This document shows positions 30,477 to 41,842 of a DNA stretch of 64,000 bases, in pieces (position 1 is the first letter of the stretch; each line of letters opens with the position of its first letter). Under the pieces are notes generated by a model. It was not told the origin of the DNA. It saw nothing but the letters and a program-made list of their open reading frames with translations, and made no database searches. Source of the DNA: Caecitellus pseudoparvulus (taxonomy: Eukaryota; Protista; Bigyra: Bicosoecida); the NCBI GenBank assembly GCA_965644315.1, contig CBFFRQ010000081.1, positions 62,001 through 126,000 on the forward strand, in the 5' to 3' direction. A program made the translations under genes and the position numbers.

Positions 30477-30678
30477 CTGCGATACTTTCCTTTAGCTGCC
30501 TTGCACGCCGATGCGTGTGTGGAGAACGAGGCCGTGTGCACGCCAAGCTCCAACGTCGCGGCGACTGGCTTGTCGGGCCGGCAGGGTGGCAACGCTCCCT
30601 AGCTGTGCAGGGCAGAGGAAGCCCACGACGAAGCCATTCACTGCCTGATCGGTTCCGCTGCAGTTTGGTGAATTTTGA

Positions 30679-33600
30679 TTACTTGGCTGCTGGAGCCAGG
30701 GGCATGCCGTGCTCGTGCCTGAGAGCAGAGTACGCCATGAGTTTGCCGGACGCTCCTGCGGCAACGAGCAAGCCAGCTCCAAACGAAAGGTCAGTGACAC
30801 CCACCGAGGAGAAAAAAGACGAAGACAGTTTGTGGTTCACGAAGGTCGCGCTTTCAAACGCCCGGGTCCGCTGCACCGGCCTGCCCAGAGTGGGCTGCCA
30901 CACCTGAACCAATCCATCTGAACCCCCTGACACTATCGTGTGTTCGTCGGAGAACATGGCGATGGCGGTCACAGACTTCGAGTGGCTGGATGTGGGCGCG
31001 GTTGCCACAGGGCATTTGAGGCTTCTCAGGTCAAAGCCTTGGATGGCACCATCTTCAGTGCCAAGGAAGACGGTGCTTGACCGGCTCGACAGCGCCAGAC
31101 ACGTCAGACTGGAGCCTGGCAGGGCTGCGCCGAGGGCCATGCCTGCCGCACGTGTGTCAAACACCTGCAAATTCGCGAAGGGGGACGTGGCAGTCAGGGA
31201 TCCTCCAGGTGATGCTGCCCTGGTCGCCTTGCCACAGACAGCCAGGCAGTGCGGGCCGCCCATGAAGTGCACGCCAGCCGCACTGCGCATGCCCAGTGTC
31301 AGCGAGTACACCGGGTTGGTTGTTCGATGTGCATCCCACACAGCTAAGTGCTGGTCATCAAATACTGCTGCGATGCGGTCGCCCAGGGGGTCCCAGTCAA
31401 CACTGAGCGTCCGCACTGTTTCGACGGGTTGGCCTTCAGCTCCTACCGAGTGCCTGTTGAACCGTGCATGCCCTCTGCTTTGATGCCCTTCCCACAGAAT
31501 GACTTGCCCTGCAGCCCCACCCGTGACGTATGCGGGAAAGTGTGGGTGCATCTTGACCCGTGTCACTGTCGCCTTACTGGTGATGCTGGCACTGCCCGGC
31601 TGTGGCGTCGCAAGAAAACTTGACAAGCCAGGTTGATGAGCTGCTGGGTGCGGCATCTGCCCCACAGGCAGCACACCCATATTGAGGTTGGCAATGGAGA
31701 GCCTTGAGCTGCCCATGCCAAGGGAAGGCAGGGGCCGGCCCACGACCGCGCTGTCGAGCGGGACGACCAGAGATGTGTCCTCTCGCGCGACAATGCCAGC
31801 CCGAGGAGCCATGGGCGAAAAGCACAAAGGGAGGAAGCTGGGCAGGAAGGCTGAGGGCTGCGAAAGCACCGGGGACGAGGGCGGTGTCAAACTTTGCCCC
31901 GTGCTCCCACTGTGCAGTGTCGGGGGAACCTCCAAGCGGATCACACCTGAAGAGCACGCTGCTGCAATGTACCCTGGGATGCGGGGGTGCACCGCAACGC
32001 AGGAGTGGAAGTCACTTGGGGCCGTGTGAAGCACGCGTGGCACACCAAGCAGTCCGTGCTGGGGCGACTCTGCAGAAGGGGACACACCAGCGGCTGCACC
32101 AGCGCCAGTACTTGGTGCACGTGCTGTAGCAGGGGAGGCAGTCGAACCAACAAGCTGGATGGGAGCATGCACACTGTGCAGTGCGATGGCCCATGAACGG
32201 AGGGCGGGCACACGCTCACTTCCACTCGCACTTGCCAGGGTGGCCGCCAGCTCCCACAAAATGTGCGGCCCCCCTACCGTGCTCCACAGGGCGTCCAGTG
32301 CAGTCGCATCTGCTAGTCGCAAACCCGACGCGGGGGCACAGAGCAGGTCCCCGAGGGTGCGTGCTTGGCCCCCAAACGCTGTTGGGTGAACAAGGTGCTC
32401 CAGCAGGCGTGATACTGGCACGCCCACCACACTGGAGTGGGCAAGGCTATCCAGAAATGCTGCACGGCACACTGTCACACCCTTGACAAGCTCATCGATC
32501 ACGCTGGGGCTGTCAGGGTGGAACTCTTCCGCAGCGGCCGCTTCCAGTGAGCAACCATCCCCAGCTTGGCTCAGCACGGAGAAGACTCCGCGCGTCATTC
32601 TCCCAAGCCTGCCGCTGTCAGGATGCGCTTTGAAGGGCGCGACAAGGCCACCTCGCAGCGCTGCGCAGATGCGTGGGGACGCCCTCGAAGCGACACGGAC
32701 CAGTTGCTGGACTCGTGCCGCTGCATGCCGCCACACAAGAGCCGACAGTAGCGACATGAAGACAAGGTGGCCTTCGGACTTGGAACTCTGTGCCGGGCTA
32801 CCACCGCTTGGAATCCTCAACACCGGCCAAGCTGCAGTGCCCTTGGATTGGGCGCTATCGGGCAGTGCTACGAGGAGGCCAGTCAAGTGCCCGACAATGG
32901 CTGAAGCTTTCGAGGATGCGCAAATTCCAGAGGAAGGCCCTGTCGACCCTGGCGCCTGGGGTGTGCTGTCACATGGCCGCAAAAGAGCGAGGCAAGTCGC
33001 CCAGCTTTCCGACATGATCGCAGTGCGGAGTGTGCGTGTGTACGTTGCAACTGCTCGTGCCAGCCCTGACAAAACTGAGCTCAGGTCAGGCGCGATAACC
33101 ATACCTGGAACATGATCTGCAATGGAATGCTCAGCTGAGGCTTCGAGAAGCCCAGCCCAGTGCTCAGGGGCGGATAGGCGAGGCGCAGCGTGCGACCCTG
33201 CAGCGACTCCCGCTCGCTGTAGCCCAGCCGACACCAGACCTGTCAGGAGCGCCTTAGCGCGAGCTCTTGAAGTGCCAGGGCACGTGGCAGCCAGCGCCTG
33301 CTCCATAGTCACGGACGGAAATGCAGCCGAGTCAAGAGCATGCTCCAACAGGTGGGCTTCAGCTGGGTGTACGGCCGCTTCACTGGCGCTCGGCGACTCA
33401 AGCGAGCATGCCGACACTCCCCGAGCGACAGCCTCAACAAGGGACTGCTCAAAAACACCAATCACAAGTTGGCGCGCGAATGGAACACCATCGTCTCCCG
33501 CTGCAACAGGTGGGAATATCGAGCTCGTGATGGTTGCTGCTTCGGCGCGCCACTTCTCTTCAGCCTCGCCGGGTGCAGCTGCGACATCCTCTTCAGCAGC

Positions 33601-36600
33601 CGCTCCTGACTCGTGTACAGGAAGAGCCGTATCAAACTCACCAAAAATAGAGGGCTCGCCTCCACCCGAAGTATCGTGAGGTTCCGGGGCAGTGTCAAAG
33701 TCCCCAAACACCCCGCCAGAGCCCATGTCCGGCTCGTACGCATCGAAAATGGAGCTGGGCGCGCCACTTTCCTGGCTCACTTCAAAATCATCAAAGATCG
33801 AACCACTGAGGGTGCTTGTGTCCTGAGCGTGTGCTGCGTAGGCCTCGGTTCCTGCCCCGGTCGCCGCGCCCCGTGGCAAGACCCGAATCCAGCTTGCGGC
33901 TGCCACAGATTCCCGCACAGATGCCGGTGCAAAGTGCACAGAACCTTGTCGATGCACTAGCAGTGCAAGCTCGGGGTCATTGGCGTGGTGCATGGCTATG
34001 CTCGCCGCATCAGACACTTCGCCCGCCAGAAGCATGAAGGCGATGGCCAAGTGGTACCTGTGGACGGCCAGCAGGCCCATGGCATTGCTTAGCGCATTCT
34101 TCCTCGCTTTCTTGTCCGTGGTGAAATCCTTGCGAATGAAGTCCCCAATCTTGCTGGCTGCCTTGACGTCCTTGCGTGAGACACCCCCCGGCAGTCCAGT
34201 GCTCTCCACGCTGACCCCACGTTTCAGCAGCGCGGCTGCCACAGACAGCTTGGAGGGACCCTGCAACACATACCACAGCAAGCATACGTACGGATTTCTC
34301 TGCGAGTGTGTGTACTCTGCGCGCGCAATGCTGGCAAGCATCGTCTGCACATCCTCCGCGTCGGTCAGCCAAACAGGCAGCGCACAAGCTCTGGCTTGCC
34401 ACCACAGCAGGTCACCGCCCTGCTGACCCCATCCGCTTGCCCCGAGTTGGACGGTGCAAGTCCGGATGACGAGCGTGAGCAGTTGCTTCTTGCACTCCGA
34501 CAAGCATGCCCAAGCGGCGTCGAGGGCTCGAAACGGCGACCACGGCACGGCGGCTTGTTGACCGACCGCCTGGCGTGGAGCCTTAGCCAATGGGTGCGTA
34601 TGCAGGAGCCCTAACATGCCCCACGCAGCCACCCGAGCGGGGTAATCTAGACTCAAGCCTACGCCTGGGCCTGTTCCAGCAAGCGCTGCCGCTCCTGCGG
34701 ATGTCGAGGAGCACAGGTACAGCTGGTCAACGAAGGCAAACAAGTCCAAGCTTTGCTTTGGGGCGACATTTGTCAGTCGCACCTGTGAGAGAGCATGCTG
34801 TAAGACAGGTGACGAGGATTCAGCCCACTTGAGCCCATCCACTCCTCTACGTGCCCATTCGTTCGCAAGCGCCTGCCAGCTGTGCGTTTGCCGTGGGTCA
34901 GCCAAGAATGCCACCGCTGCTGCTTGAGGGTGGGATTGGAACAGGGCACCCATGGATGGCCTAGTCAGTTCCTCACGTGGCAAGGGCCCGCCCAGAGCCG
35001 GGTCAGCCGCTTCTTCCATGAACACAGTCGGCAGGCACAGCGACTGTGCACGATCTTCCGCCTCCATTTGCAGGGCCGTGCCTGCCGCGATAACTGACAA
35101 CAGTCGTGGTACAATGAATGCTTGACCACAACGAACAAGCATCTGCATAGCGGCAGGTTGCAGTGCCCCAACGCGACTGCGCGCTTGGGACAGGGCAGCT
35201 GCAAGCCTGCTTTGGTCGACAAAGGAGCAGAGCACTCCTCCCTCTTCACGTGGAGCTCCTGCTGGGAGCAGCAGCACACCTTCCTTGGAGAGGCCAATGC
35301 ATGCCCATTGCCGAGACGCAGTGTGCTTCGGAGCTGTGGGGGGTGGTTGCCACTCGCCTGAGAATGCGGGCCGAATGCCCAGCGTGCCGGCTCGGCGTGT
35401 GACCAGAGTTAGAATTCTCCAGTGCTCCGGGCAGGCCACGAGCAGCAGGGGTGGGTCGTGCTGCCCAGCGTCTGCCTGTGGAACCCACTGCAACCATGCT
35501 TGCTCCGGCATCCAAGTGGCAGGCAGGGAGTGTGTGAGGCGGGTAACAGAGGACATGGCAGTGCCAGCGACAGCCACATCCAACTGCAACGTGCTACCCA
35601 GCACTTGTGCTTCCAAGTCAAGCGAAGCCCATCGCAAGGGGGCACACGGCAGTGGCTGACAGTCGTAGTGCATGGGCTTCCAGTCCCACAGGTTTTCGAC
35701 GGTTCTCTTCGCGACAGACCATCGCAGTGCTTGAGCACAGTTGCCACCAGCGAGCACAACAGCAACGTCTTCTGGTCTGAGCTCCTGTTCAGGCAAGACA
35801 CCTGCCCGCATGGAAGCAGCGGCCACTTCCAGCATATTTGCTGAGGGGTCCAAAGCTGCGGGGGGTGCTTGCGGCACGCAGCACTGCGTCGCCATCCACT
35901 GCTGAACCCCCAGTGCCGTGCTCGGCGGCGCCCCGGCAGCGTGCTGGATGGCAGTTGTGACTAAGTTGCTCGCCACCTCACTGACGTCTGCCAAAGTATC
36001 GTACCGCGTTGACAGCGCGCCAGCCTGGTCGAGCACGCTCCCTCCCTCCACACACGCCAAGAAGGGCAGTGGGCGGCTGCTGTGCTGGTGTGACAATGGA
36101 ACGGCCGCTGACAACGCGTGCAGAGATGTGACGCTGGGAGGGAGCGAAGGGAGCTGACAAACAGTCCCCACTTGTTCTATGGTCGGACAAGAGCTGTACA
36201 TGTTGTAGATGTGCAAGCAGTGCAGTCCACCCCGCCAGAGGATAATGCAGTGCTTTGACAGGCGCAAGGAGTCGTGCATCTCTGAAGCCGAGCTGCGCTG
36301 GCCGCGTGGAGTCACAGGCAGAACACTGCTGCTGCTCAAATGCCCATCTTCGACCCACCCTGAGCACTGCTCGAAGCAAAACTGGTCCTCTCCAAGCGTT
36401 GACTGCAGCCAGCAGATGCATGCAGCCTCTTCGCTTCCAGGGTGCTCTGCAGAGCTGGCACTTGAGAGTTGCACGGTGCACTTCTGCACAAATGCCAACT
36501 CCTCGTCATTGGGCCCTTCGTGCCACAAGGACACGCTGCCAGTCGTTGACAATGTCAACAAGGCCACGCCCGGCAGACCGCTGTGCCACGCAAAAGCAGC

Positions 36601-37290
36601 GCAGGAGTCAACAGGCACGAGGGCAAAGCTCAAGGACGCATCTGCCGCACCACGTTGGGCAGAGCCCACCTTGTGCCGACTCCCCCTTGATTGGCGATGC
36701 AACACCACCAGGTGAGGCGCTGCCTGCGACTGCACGCCCACCAGTCTGGCGTCCGCTGTCATGCGCCAGGAGCCAGGCGACAGGACAAGAGGGCTCCCTT
36801 CGGGGTGTCCAGCGAGCAGCACATCAGGAATGGAGAAGGGGGCTGCTGAGAGTGAAGGTGCACCTTGAGCAGGAAGAGTAACAACCAAGTGCTGCAGCCC
36901 AGAGTCGGTGTAGAGCACAGCTGCAACGAGTGTCTGTGTGCCGGTGCGGCGTACCCACCCACAGCCGCCTGCCACGCCTTGAAGAGAACTGCAGGGTAAG
37001 GCAACCTTCTCTGGAGGAGCAAGCCCACTGCCCACATGACACCACACCACAGCCACGCACGTAGAGCTCAGCTGCAGCGTGTAGTGGGACAGAAGGCCTG
37101 GCTGATGCTCCAGCGCCACAGTGACTGGCACCTCCGCATCCGGGTCCTCCACAGCGTCCACCATGCGCCGGACAGGACTCTCCCCTGCCCAAGCATCAAT
37201 CTTCTGTTGTGTTAACCACGCGGCACCAGAGGGCGTTGTCTGGCAAAAGCTCCAGCTGCGGTGCAGTGCGTGGAGCACAGAGCTGGCCAT
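30679..37290 (-). CDS. DMXL/Rabconnectin-3 alpha/Rav1-like WD40 protein (V-ATPase assembly)
   Basis: Rav1p_C-like core (LLWWQARACALPVWL..IARAEY..PYVCLLWYV..KIGDFIRKDF..KNALSNAMGLLAVHRYHLAIAFMLLAG..DPELALLVHR) and C-terminal WD40 repeats (HPHFPAYVTGGAAGQVILW, IVSGGSDGLVQVW). Confidence 0.85.
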   Translation of the reverse strand: MASSVLHALHRSWSFCQTTPSGAAWLTQQKIDAWAGESPVRRMVDAVEDPDAEVPVTVALEHQPGLLSHYTLQLSSTCVAVVWCHVGSGLAPPEKVALPCSSLQGVAGGCGWVRRTGTQTLVAAVLYTDSGLQHLVVTLPAQGAPSLSAAPFSIPDVLLAGHPEGSPLVLSPGSWRMTADARLVGVQSQAAPHLVVLHRQSRGSRHKVGSAQRGAADASLSFALVPVDSCAAFAWHSGLPGVALLTLSTTGSVSLWHEGPNDEELAFVQKCTVQLSSASSAEHPGSEEAACICWLQSTLGEDQFCFEQCSGWVEDGHLSSSSVLPVTPRGQRSSASEMHDSLRLSKHCIILWRGGLHCLHIYNMYSSCPTIEQVGTVCQLPSLPPSVTSLHALSAAVPLSHQHSSRPLPFLACVEGGSVLDQAGALSTRYDTLADVSEVASNLVTTAIQHAAGAPPSTALGVQQWMATQCCVPQAPPAALDPSANMLEVAAASMRAGVLPEQELRPEDVAVVLAGGNCAQALRWSVAKRTVENLWDWKPMHYDCQPLPCAPLRWASLDLEAQVLGSTLQLDVAVAGTAMSSVTRLTHSLPATWMPEQAWLQWVPQADAGQHDPPLLLVACPEHWRILTLVTRRAGTLGIRPAFSGEWQPPPTAPKHTASRQWACIGLSKEGVLLLPAGAPREEGGVLCSFVDQSRLAAALSQARSRVGALQPAAMQMLVRCGQAFIVPRLLSVIAAGTALQMEAEDRAQSLCLPTVFMEEAADPALGGPLPREELTRPSMGALFQSHPQAAAVAFLADPRQTHSWQALANEWARRGVDGLKWAESSSPVLQHALSQVRLTNVAPKQSLDLFAFVDQLYLCSSTSAGAAALAGTGPGVGLSLDYPARVAAWGMLGLLHTHPLAKAPRQAVGQQAAVPWSPFRALDAAWACLSECKKQLLTLVIRTCTVQLGASGWGQQGGDLLWWQARACALPVWLTDAEDVQTMLASIARAEYTHSQRNPYVCLLWYVLQGPSKLSVAAALLKRGVSVESTGLPGGVSRKDVKAASKIGDFIRKDFTTDKKARKNALSNAMGLLAVHRYHLAIAFMLLAGEVSDAASIAMHHANDPELALLVHRQGSVHFAPASVRESVAAASWIRVLPRGAATGAGTEAYAAHAQDTSTLSGSIFDDFEVSQESGAPSSIFDAYEPDMGSGGVFGDFDTAPEPHDTSGGGEPSIFGEFDTALPVHESGAAAEEDVAAAPGEAEEKWRAEAATITSSIFPPVAAGDDGVPFARQLVIGVFEQSLVEAVARGVSACSLESPSASEAAVHPAEAHLLEHALDSAAFPSVTMEQALAATCPGTSRARAKALLTGLVSAGLQRAGVAAGSHAAPRLSAPEHWAGLLEASAEHSIADHVPGMVIAPDLSSVLSGLARAVATYTRTLRTAIMSESWATCLALLRPCDSTPQAPGSTGPSSGICASSKASAIVGHLTGLLVALPDSAQSKGTAAWPVLRIPSGGSPAQSSKSEGHLVFMSLLSALVWRHAAARVQQLVRVASRASPRICAALRGGLVAPFKAHPDSGRLGRMTRGVFSVLSQAGDGCSLEAAAAEEFHPDSPSVIDELVKGVTVCRAAFLDSLAHSSVVGVPVSRLLEHLVHPTAFGGQARTLGDLLCAPASGLRLADATALDALWSTVGGPHILWELAATLASASGSERVPALRSWAIALHSVHAPIQLVGSTASPATARAPSTGAGAAAGVSPSAESPQHGLLGVPRVLHTAPSDFHSCVAVHPRIPGYIAAACSSGVIRLEVPPTLHSGSTGQSLTPPSSPVLSQPSAFLPSFLPLCFSPMAPRAGIVAREDTSLVVPLDSAVVGRPLPSLGMGSSRLSIANLNMGVLPVGQMPHPAAHQPGLSSFLATPQPGSASITSKATVTRVKMHPHFPAYVTGGAAGQVILWEGHQSRGHARFNRHSVGAEGQPVETVRTLSVDWDPLGDRIAAVFDDQHLAVWDAHRTTNPVYSLTLGMRSAAGVHFMGGPHCLAVCGKATRAASPGGSLTATSPFANLQVFDTRAAGMALGAALPGSSLTCLALSSRSSTVFLGTEDGAIQGFDLRSLKCPVATAPTSSHSKSVTAIAMFSDEHTIVSGGSDGLVQVWQPTLGRPVQRTRAFESATFVNHKLSSSFFSSVGVTDLSFGAGLLVAAGASGKLMAYSALRHEHGMPLAPAAK

Positions 37291-37298
37291 GGCGACCG

Positions 37299-37610
37299 AT
37301 TTCCGCACAGCCCCACGCCTCTGCTAGCAACAGATCCACGTCTCAGCCCCTATCTGCCAAAGGATCACGAATTTGCTCTAGGTTACTTGTTGCTGCTGAA
37401 GTCCCCTCTCCTGCAGGTTTGTTGGCAGCACGTTTGATGTCTGCACATGGTGCTGCCCCCCTTCATGGCACACAGCTTCATTGCACTTTGGCAAATAAAT
37501 CCCTTTACAAATATCAAGCGATGCATTGTCCAGATCCCTTCCGATTACCTCCACCCGTTCACCTGTCGGTCAATCAGGCCAAGGTACGCTGGTTGAAGGC
37601 AATTTCCGCA
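37299..37610 (+). promoter_or_regulatory. Divergent DMXL/copine promoter with two ATTTCCGCA motifs (37299-37307, 37602-37610)
   Basis: The copies lie 8 nt from the DMXL ATG and 25 nt from the copine ATG. Confidence 0.6.
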
Positions 37611-37635
37611 CCTTCGCACTCGTCACGACACCACA

Positions 37636-38702
37636 ATGGACGGCGCCGAGGATGGCACGGCAGAGATGCTCTCACTGCTGGTTTTGTTGTCCATGGTGAT
37701 TGTAGGATGCGTGCTTACGGATGGGTTCGGCTTCTTGTCGGGAGGACTGAGCGCGGCCTTTAGCTCCGTGGTGGGCTCAGGTGGCGCAGGGCAAAGCTCC
37801 GTGACTAAGGCTTGCCCTGCCTTTGCTGTGAACCCTGACATGTATACGACGCTACCTCAAGTGACACAGGCACTGCGCACAGCGGGGCTCGAAGCCAGCG
37901 AACTTGTAAGCGGCCCTCCGCGCGCAAGGCACATGTGGCGTGTCACGTGGCACACTGAGTGCACACACGGATGCCGGCGCAGGTGATCGGCGTGGATTTC
38001 ACCAAGAGCAACGAGTGGCAGGGCAGCAGGACTTTCGGGGGGAAGAGCTTGCACACCATCGAGCCCGGCGTGCCGAACCCGTACGAGGAAGTCATCGCTG
38101 TCATTGCCGCAACTCTGGCTGACTTCGACGCAGACAATTTGGTGCCCGTGTACGCTTTTGGCGACGACCAGAGCAGGGACCGCCACGTCACACCCCTTCA
38201 CGGGAAAGAACTCTGCAAAGGCGTCGATGCAGTGCTAGAGGCGTACCGCTCCGCAGCGCAGCGGCTGCAGCTGAGCGGGCCAACATCCTTTGCTCCGATC
38301 ATTCGCCAGGCATGCCGCATTGCCGGGCAGGAGGGGCACTTCCACATTCTCATTATCATCGCAGATGGAGCTGTGACGGCGGAGAGGGAAACTGCCGCTG
38401 CCATCGTGGAGGCGTGTGCATATCCGCTGGCCATCATCATGGTCGGTGTTGGCGACGGTCCGTGGGACACCATGCAGAAGTTCGACGATGAGCTGCCAGA
38501 GCGGCGATGGGACAACTTTCAGTTCGTGCAGTACGCAGATGTTATCCAAGGTCGGAAGCACCCGCGGAGCGCCTTTGCTGTGGCTGCCCTGCAAGAAGTG
38601 CCGGCACAGTTCTTGACCATCAAGCGCCTTGGCTTGCTCGGGCAGCCATCGCCACAAGACTCGGCCATGCCCATGTCTGGCGAAGGAAACGGCGCAGAGT
38701 AG
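37636..38702 (+). CDS. Copine/RGLG-type vWA protein with an N-terminal hydrophobic anchor and no RING; intron at 37906-37982
   Basis: YTTLPQVTQALRTAGLEASEL|VIGVDFTKSNEWQG..NPYEEVI..FDADNLVPVYAFGD..LSGPTSFAPII..HILIIIADG..YPLAIIMVGVGDGPWDTMQKFDDELPERRWDNFQFV. Confidence 0.9.
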
Positions 38703-38738
38703 GGCAAACGCACCAACAGGCTATTGCTGTGCGCATGC

Positions 38739-41618
38739 TCATGTGTGGCCGAGCAAATAAAGCTGGGCGCGTGCTGCGTGAAGCCATGCGAGAGCTGTGG
38801 CCATGCGAGGCGGTAGGTGGTAGGACGCGGTCTTCGTTCCTCCCGTGATGTTCAGGCCGGGAACCGGCGTGCCTTTGTCTGCCATTGGCGGCCTTGAGAG
38901 CAAGTACGCCTCCTCCATCGTTGCGATAGTGGCCATGAGCACTGGGGGGGGAGGGAGGTGAGCAGGAAGGCAGTGTGCAGAGCGCCCTGCAAGCGCCTTG
39001 AGGACACTGCAGGCGCCACTCACCGACGTAAATGAAGATGCACAAGAACAAGTACAGGAACAGCTGCACAATGACGTGCATGACGGCCAGGTACTCAAAT
39101 GCAAGTGTCTCCTGGTACGTTTCGCGCACGACATCTCCATTCAAAATCTGCGAGAGGCGCGGGGTCAAACATGCGAAGGGCTCAGGGCTGCATGCACAAG
39201 AGACGTACTGCAAAGAGGGTGATGGCAGTGTGCTCCATGCCGTCGAAACGAATCGTGTTAGTGCCAAAAACTGCCGCAGCAAACACGACGCACCCAGCGA
39301 AAATGGGCAGCACCCCTGCCAAAAACTGCACGAGCGCTGGCGTCCCTCTGGCCAGCGTGCGCATGACGATGTAGAAGTGCGCCTGATGGCGCAGGTACTG
39401 TGCCAGTGTCAGCCACTGCAAGAAGGCCCCGAAGGCAAATGCGGCCGCTGCCTCGGGGGGCACAGACACCTCACCCAGAGTGATGACCATGACAGCGTAA
39501 ATGAGAGTCATGAAGTTGGCGGCTGTGGAGAGAAGGGTCCACGGGCTCAGCATTTCTGCAAGTTCCCAGGCCGTCAAGTGCCCGCGAGTGTAGGGTGAGG
39601 TGAGCAGGAGCGTAATGGCTGAGAAGGGAGCGCCGCCCCCCTCCCCTCCAGTGCTTGCCTCACGCAGCTCTTCCTTGACCACACTGAGCAGCTGCACCTC
39701 TGCGCTGGACAGCGAGGAGGGTTCATCACCCAGCGCAGCACCACTTGCTTGCCGGGAGATGCACTCCACAAAGCAGCAGTGGAAGGCGATGCTGTCTCCA
39801 TCCTCCAGGCCATCCCGCTCGAACACCTCATCCAGCGCAGGCTGATCCGCAAGTGCCACGGCCGCCGCCATGCTTTGCTGGGGTGCGGGGGCAGCATCTG
39901 CTGCAGGGCCTTGAGCTGATGCAATGCAGGTCGGGGGCGCAGCTGCCCGCCCCTCGTCATCCTCGTCGTCTTCCGTCGGACCCACGTACGGGTCGCCCCA
40001 CGCTGCCAGCCAGTGCACGCCATACCAGGTGCTGTCCATGAGCAGCTGCACGACGGTGTATGAACTGCCCAGCACGACTCCTTCGAGCTGCATGGAGTTG
40101 GCCCATGTCCAGTGCTGGCTGTCCAGGCTGCCAAGGGGGGGTGAAGGGGGCTCCTGCAGGTGCCCAGAGCCTGACAGCTGCACCTCCGCCTCACGGTGCT
40201 CATGTGCAGAGGGGCTCCGTTCGCTTGCAGAGACGGGGGAGTGACACAGGAAAGAGATGCACAGGTCCACCCAGTGCAGAGGCCACCAGGAACCCGGGCC
40301 GCATGTCCACAGGCACCGTCGGCACGGACCAGGCGTGGGCCCCACAAGTCGGCGCGGAGCACAGGGTATGGGGAGGCACACTAGCCCATAGCAGCTGGAA
40401 GGCAGCGGCGCCATTCCCCCGTCACCCCCACACGCCACCGGCGACGTGCACAGCTGGCGGGCACGAATAGCCGCCACAGCCGCTTCCGTCGTCGAGGGGG
40501 AGGGAGTCGCGGTCTGTGCACGGCACGCAGCGCGCTCTTTGGCACCCCCATGCACCGCAGTGGACGCCTGCACCCACGCAGCATGGCGCGCAGTGACCTC
40601 TTGGGCCAGGGAGTCAGGCACCACCTTGGCCAGTTTGGACAGCAGCATGAGGTCGCGCACGACGCCCCACTCGCGCAGGCCCCGCCCAGTGAGCATGCCC
40701 TGGTGCAGCAGTACCACAACGACAAGGGCGATACAGAGGGCAAATGCCGGGGAGTGTGTCAGGTCAAAGTCCGGGCACGCTGACATGTCGTTGTGAACTG
40801 ACACTCGGGCTTGGGCAGGTGTGGGCAGCTCCACTCGCACAACCACAGACCACAGAGTGCACGCTGCAGAGGTGACAAGAACCCGCCTAGGGTTAAATCC
40901 CTTGAACTGCATGGCCACCGTCACGCGCTCCGTGTCGTGCAGCCAGTGGGCCAAGTTGCAGTTGCCGGACCACTGCAACGGCGCTGGGCACTCGGGAGCT
41001 GGGAGGGCGTTGCCCTTCGTCCCTGCCAGGCACGTGCAGGTGGTGGCGTCTGGCAGCTGCCCATCTCGCCATGCCTCCCAGGCAGCCGGGGAGTGCAGGT
41101 GCACCTCGTGCACCTGGCCTGACCGGGACACTTGCCGCAGCACGGGGGTGGCTTCCATGGACAGGCTGCTGACAGAGCGATTGGCCAGGCGGAATGCGCC
41201 GTGCACGATGTGGTCCAGGGAGTCCACAGCCTCTCCGGCGCGAGTGATGAAGAACTGGTCAGGGTAGTACGTGAGCTGGTTGCTGGTCAAGGTGTCAAAG
41301 CCAGGCGGGAAGAGCAGCTGCACCCAGGCTTGGTGCATGTTTCGGATGTACGCCGAGTCTGCTTGGTTCACGAGGACCACTATGGAGGTCGTCACTGCCA
41401 CAACAACAATGTGCAGGATTGAAGCCCACGGTAAGATGCACTGCCTGCAAGCGAGGTGTGCCAGTCACGCAAGGTGTGCAGCGGGGAGGGTGCGGAAATT
41501 GAGCCGCTCTGCCGCACCTGCGCAGCTGCCTCCCAATGGAGTACTCCCATGCTTGCACGAGGTTGATGTGGTGCTCCGCTGCATTCTTGTCCACACCCCC
41601 TGCACTGATCACGGACAT
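38739..41618 (-). CDS. Mucolipin (TRPML)-like channel; 4 exons
   Basis: Spliced S1 (LPWASILHIVVVAVTTSIVV) and a large luminal loop; FGAFLQWLTLAQYLR, YIVMRTLARGTPALVQFLAGVLPIF, RFDGMEHTAITLFA|ILNGDVVRETY (pore), FLCIFIYV|VLMATIATMEEAY. Confidence 0.8.
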
Positions 41619-41824
41619 GGCATGCAACGCTATCGGTCAGGGCCCTGTGCTGCTTGGTCTAGGTCTGCAGCCCTGAGGAGAGCCTGGGCGGAGCTGCGAC
41701 AAGGTCTCCTTCAGAACAACCCTGCAGTTCAAAATAAAACCAGCGCACACATGGTAGCTCACTTCTATATCTGGGGCATCTTGGTTGTGCGCGCTGGCAG
41801 TGTGTGTGTGGTCACAGGCAGCCA

Positions 41825-41833
41825 ATTTCCGCA
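41825..41833 (+). promoter_or_regulatory. ATTTCCGCA motif 9 nt upstream of the hydrolase ATG
   Basis: Exact copy of the recurrent motif. Confidence 0.55.
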
Positions 41834-41842
41834 GACTGCATC

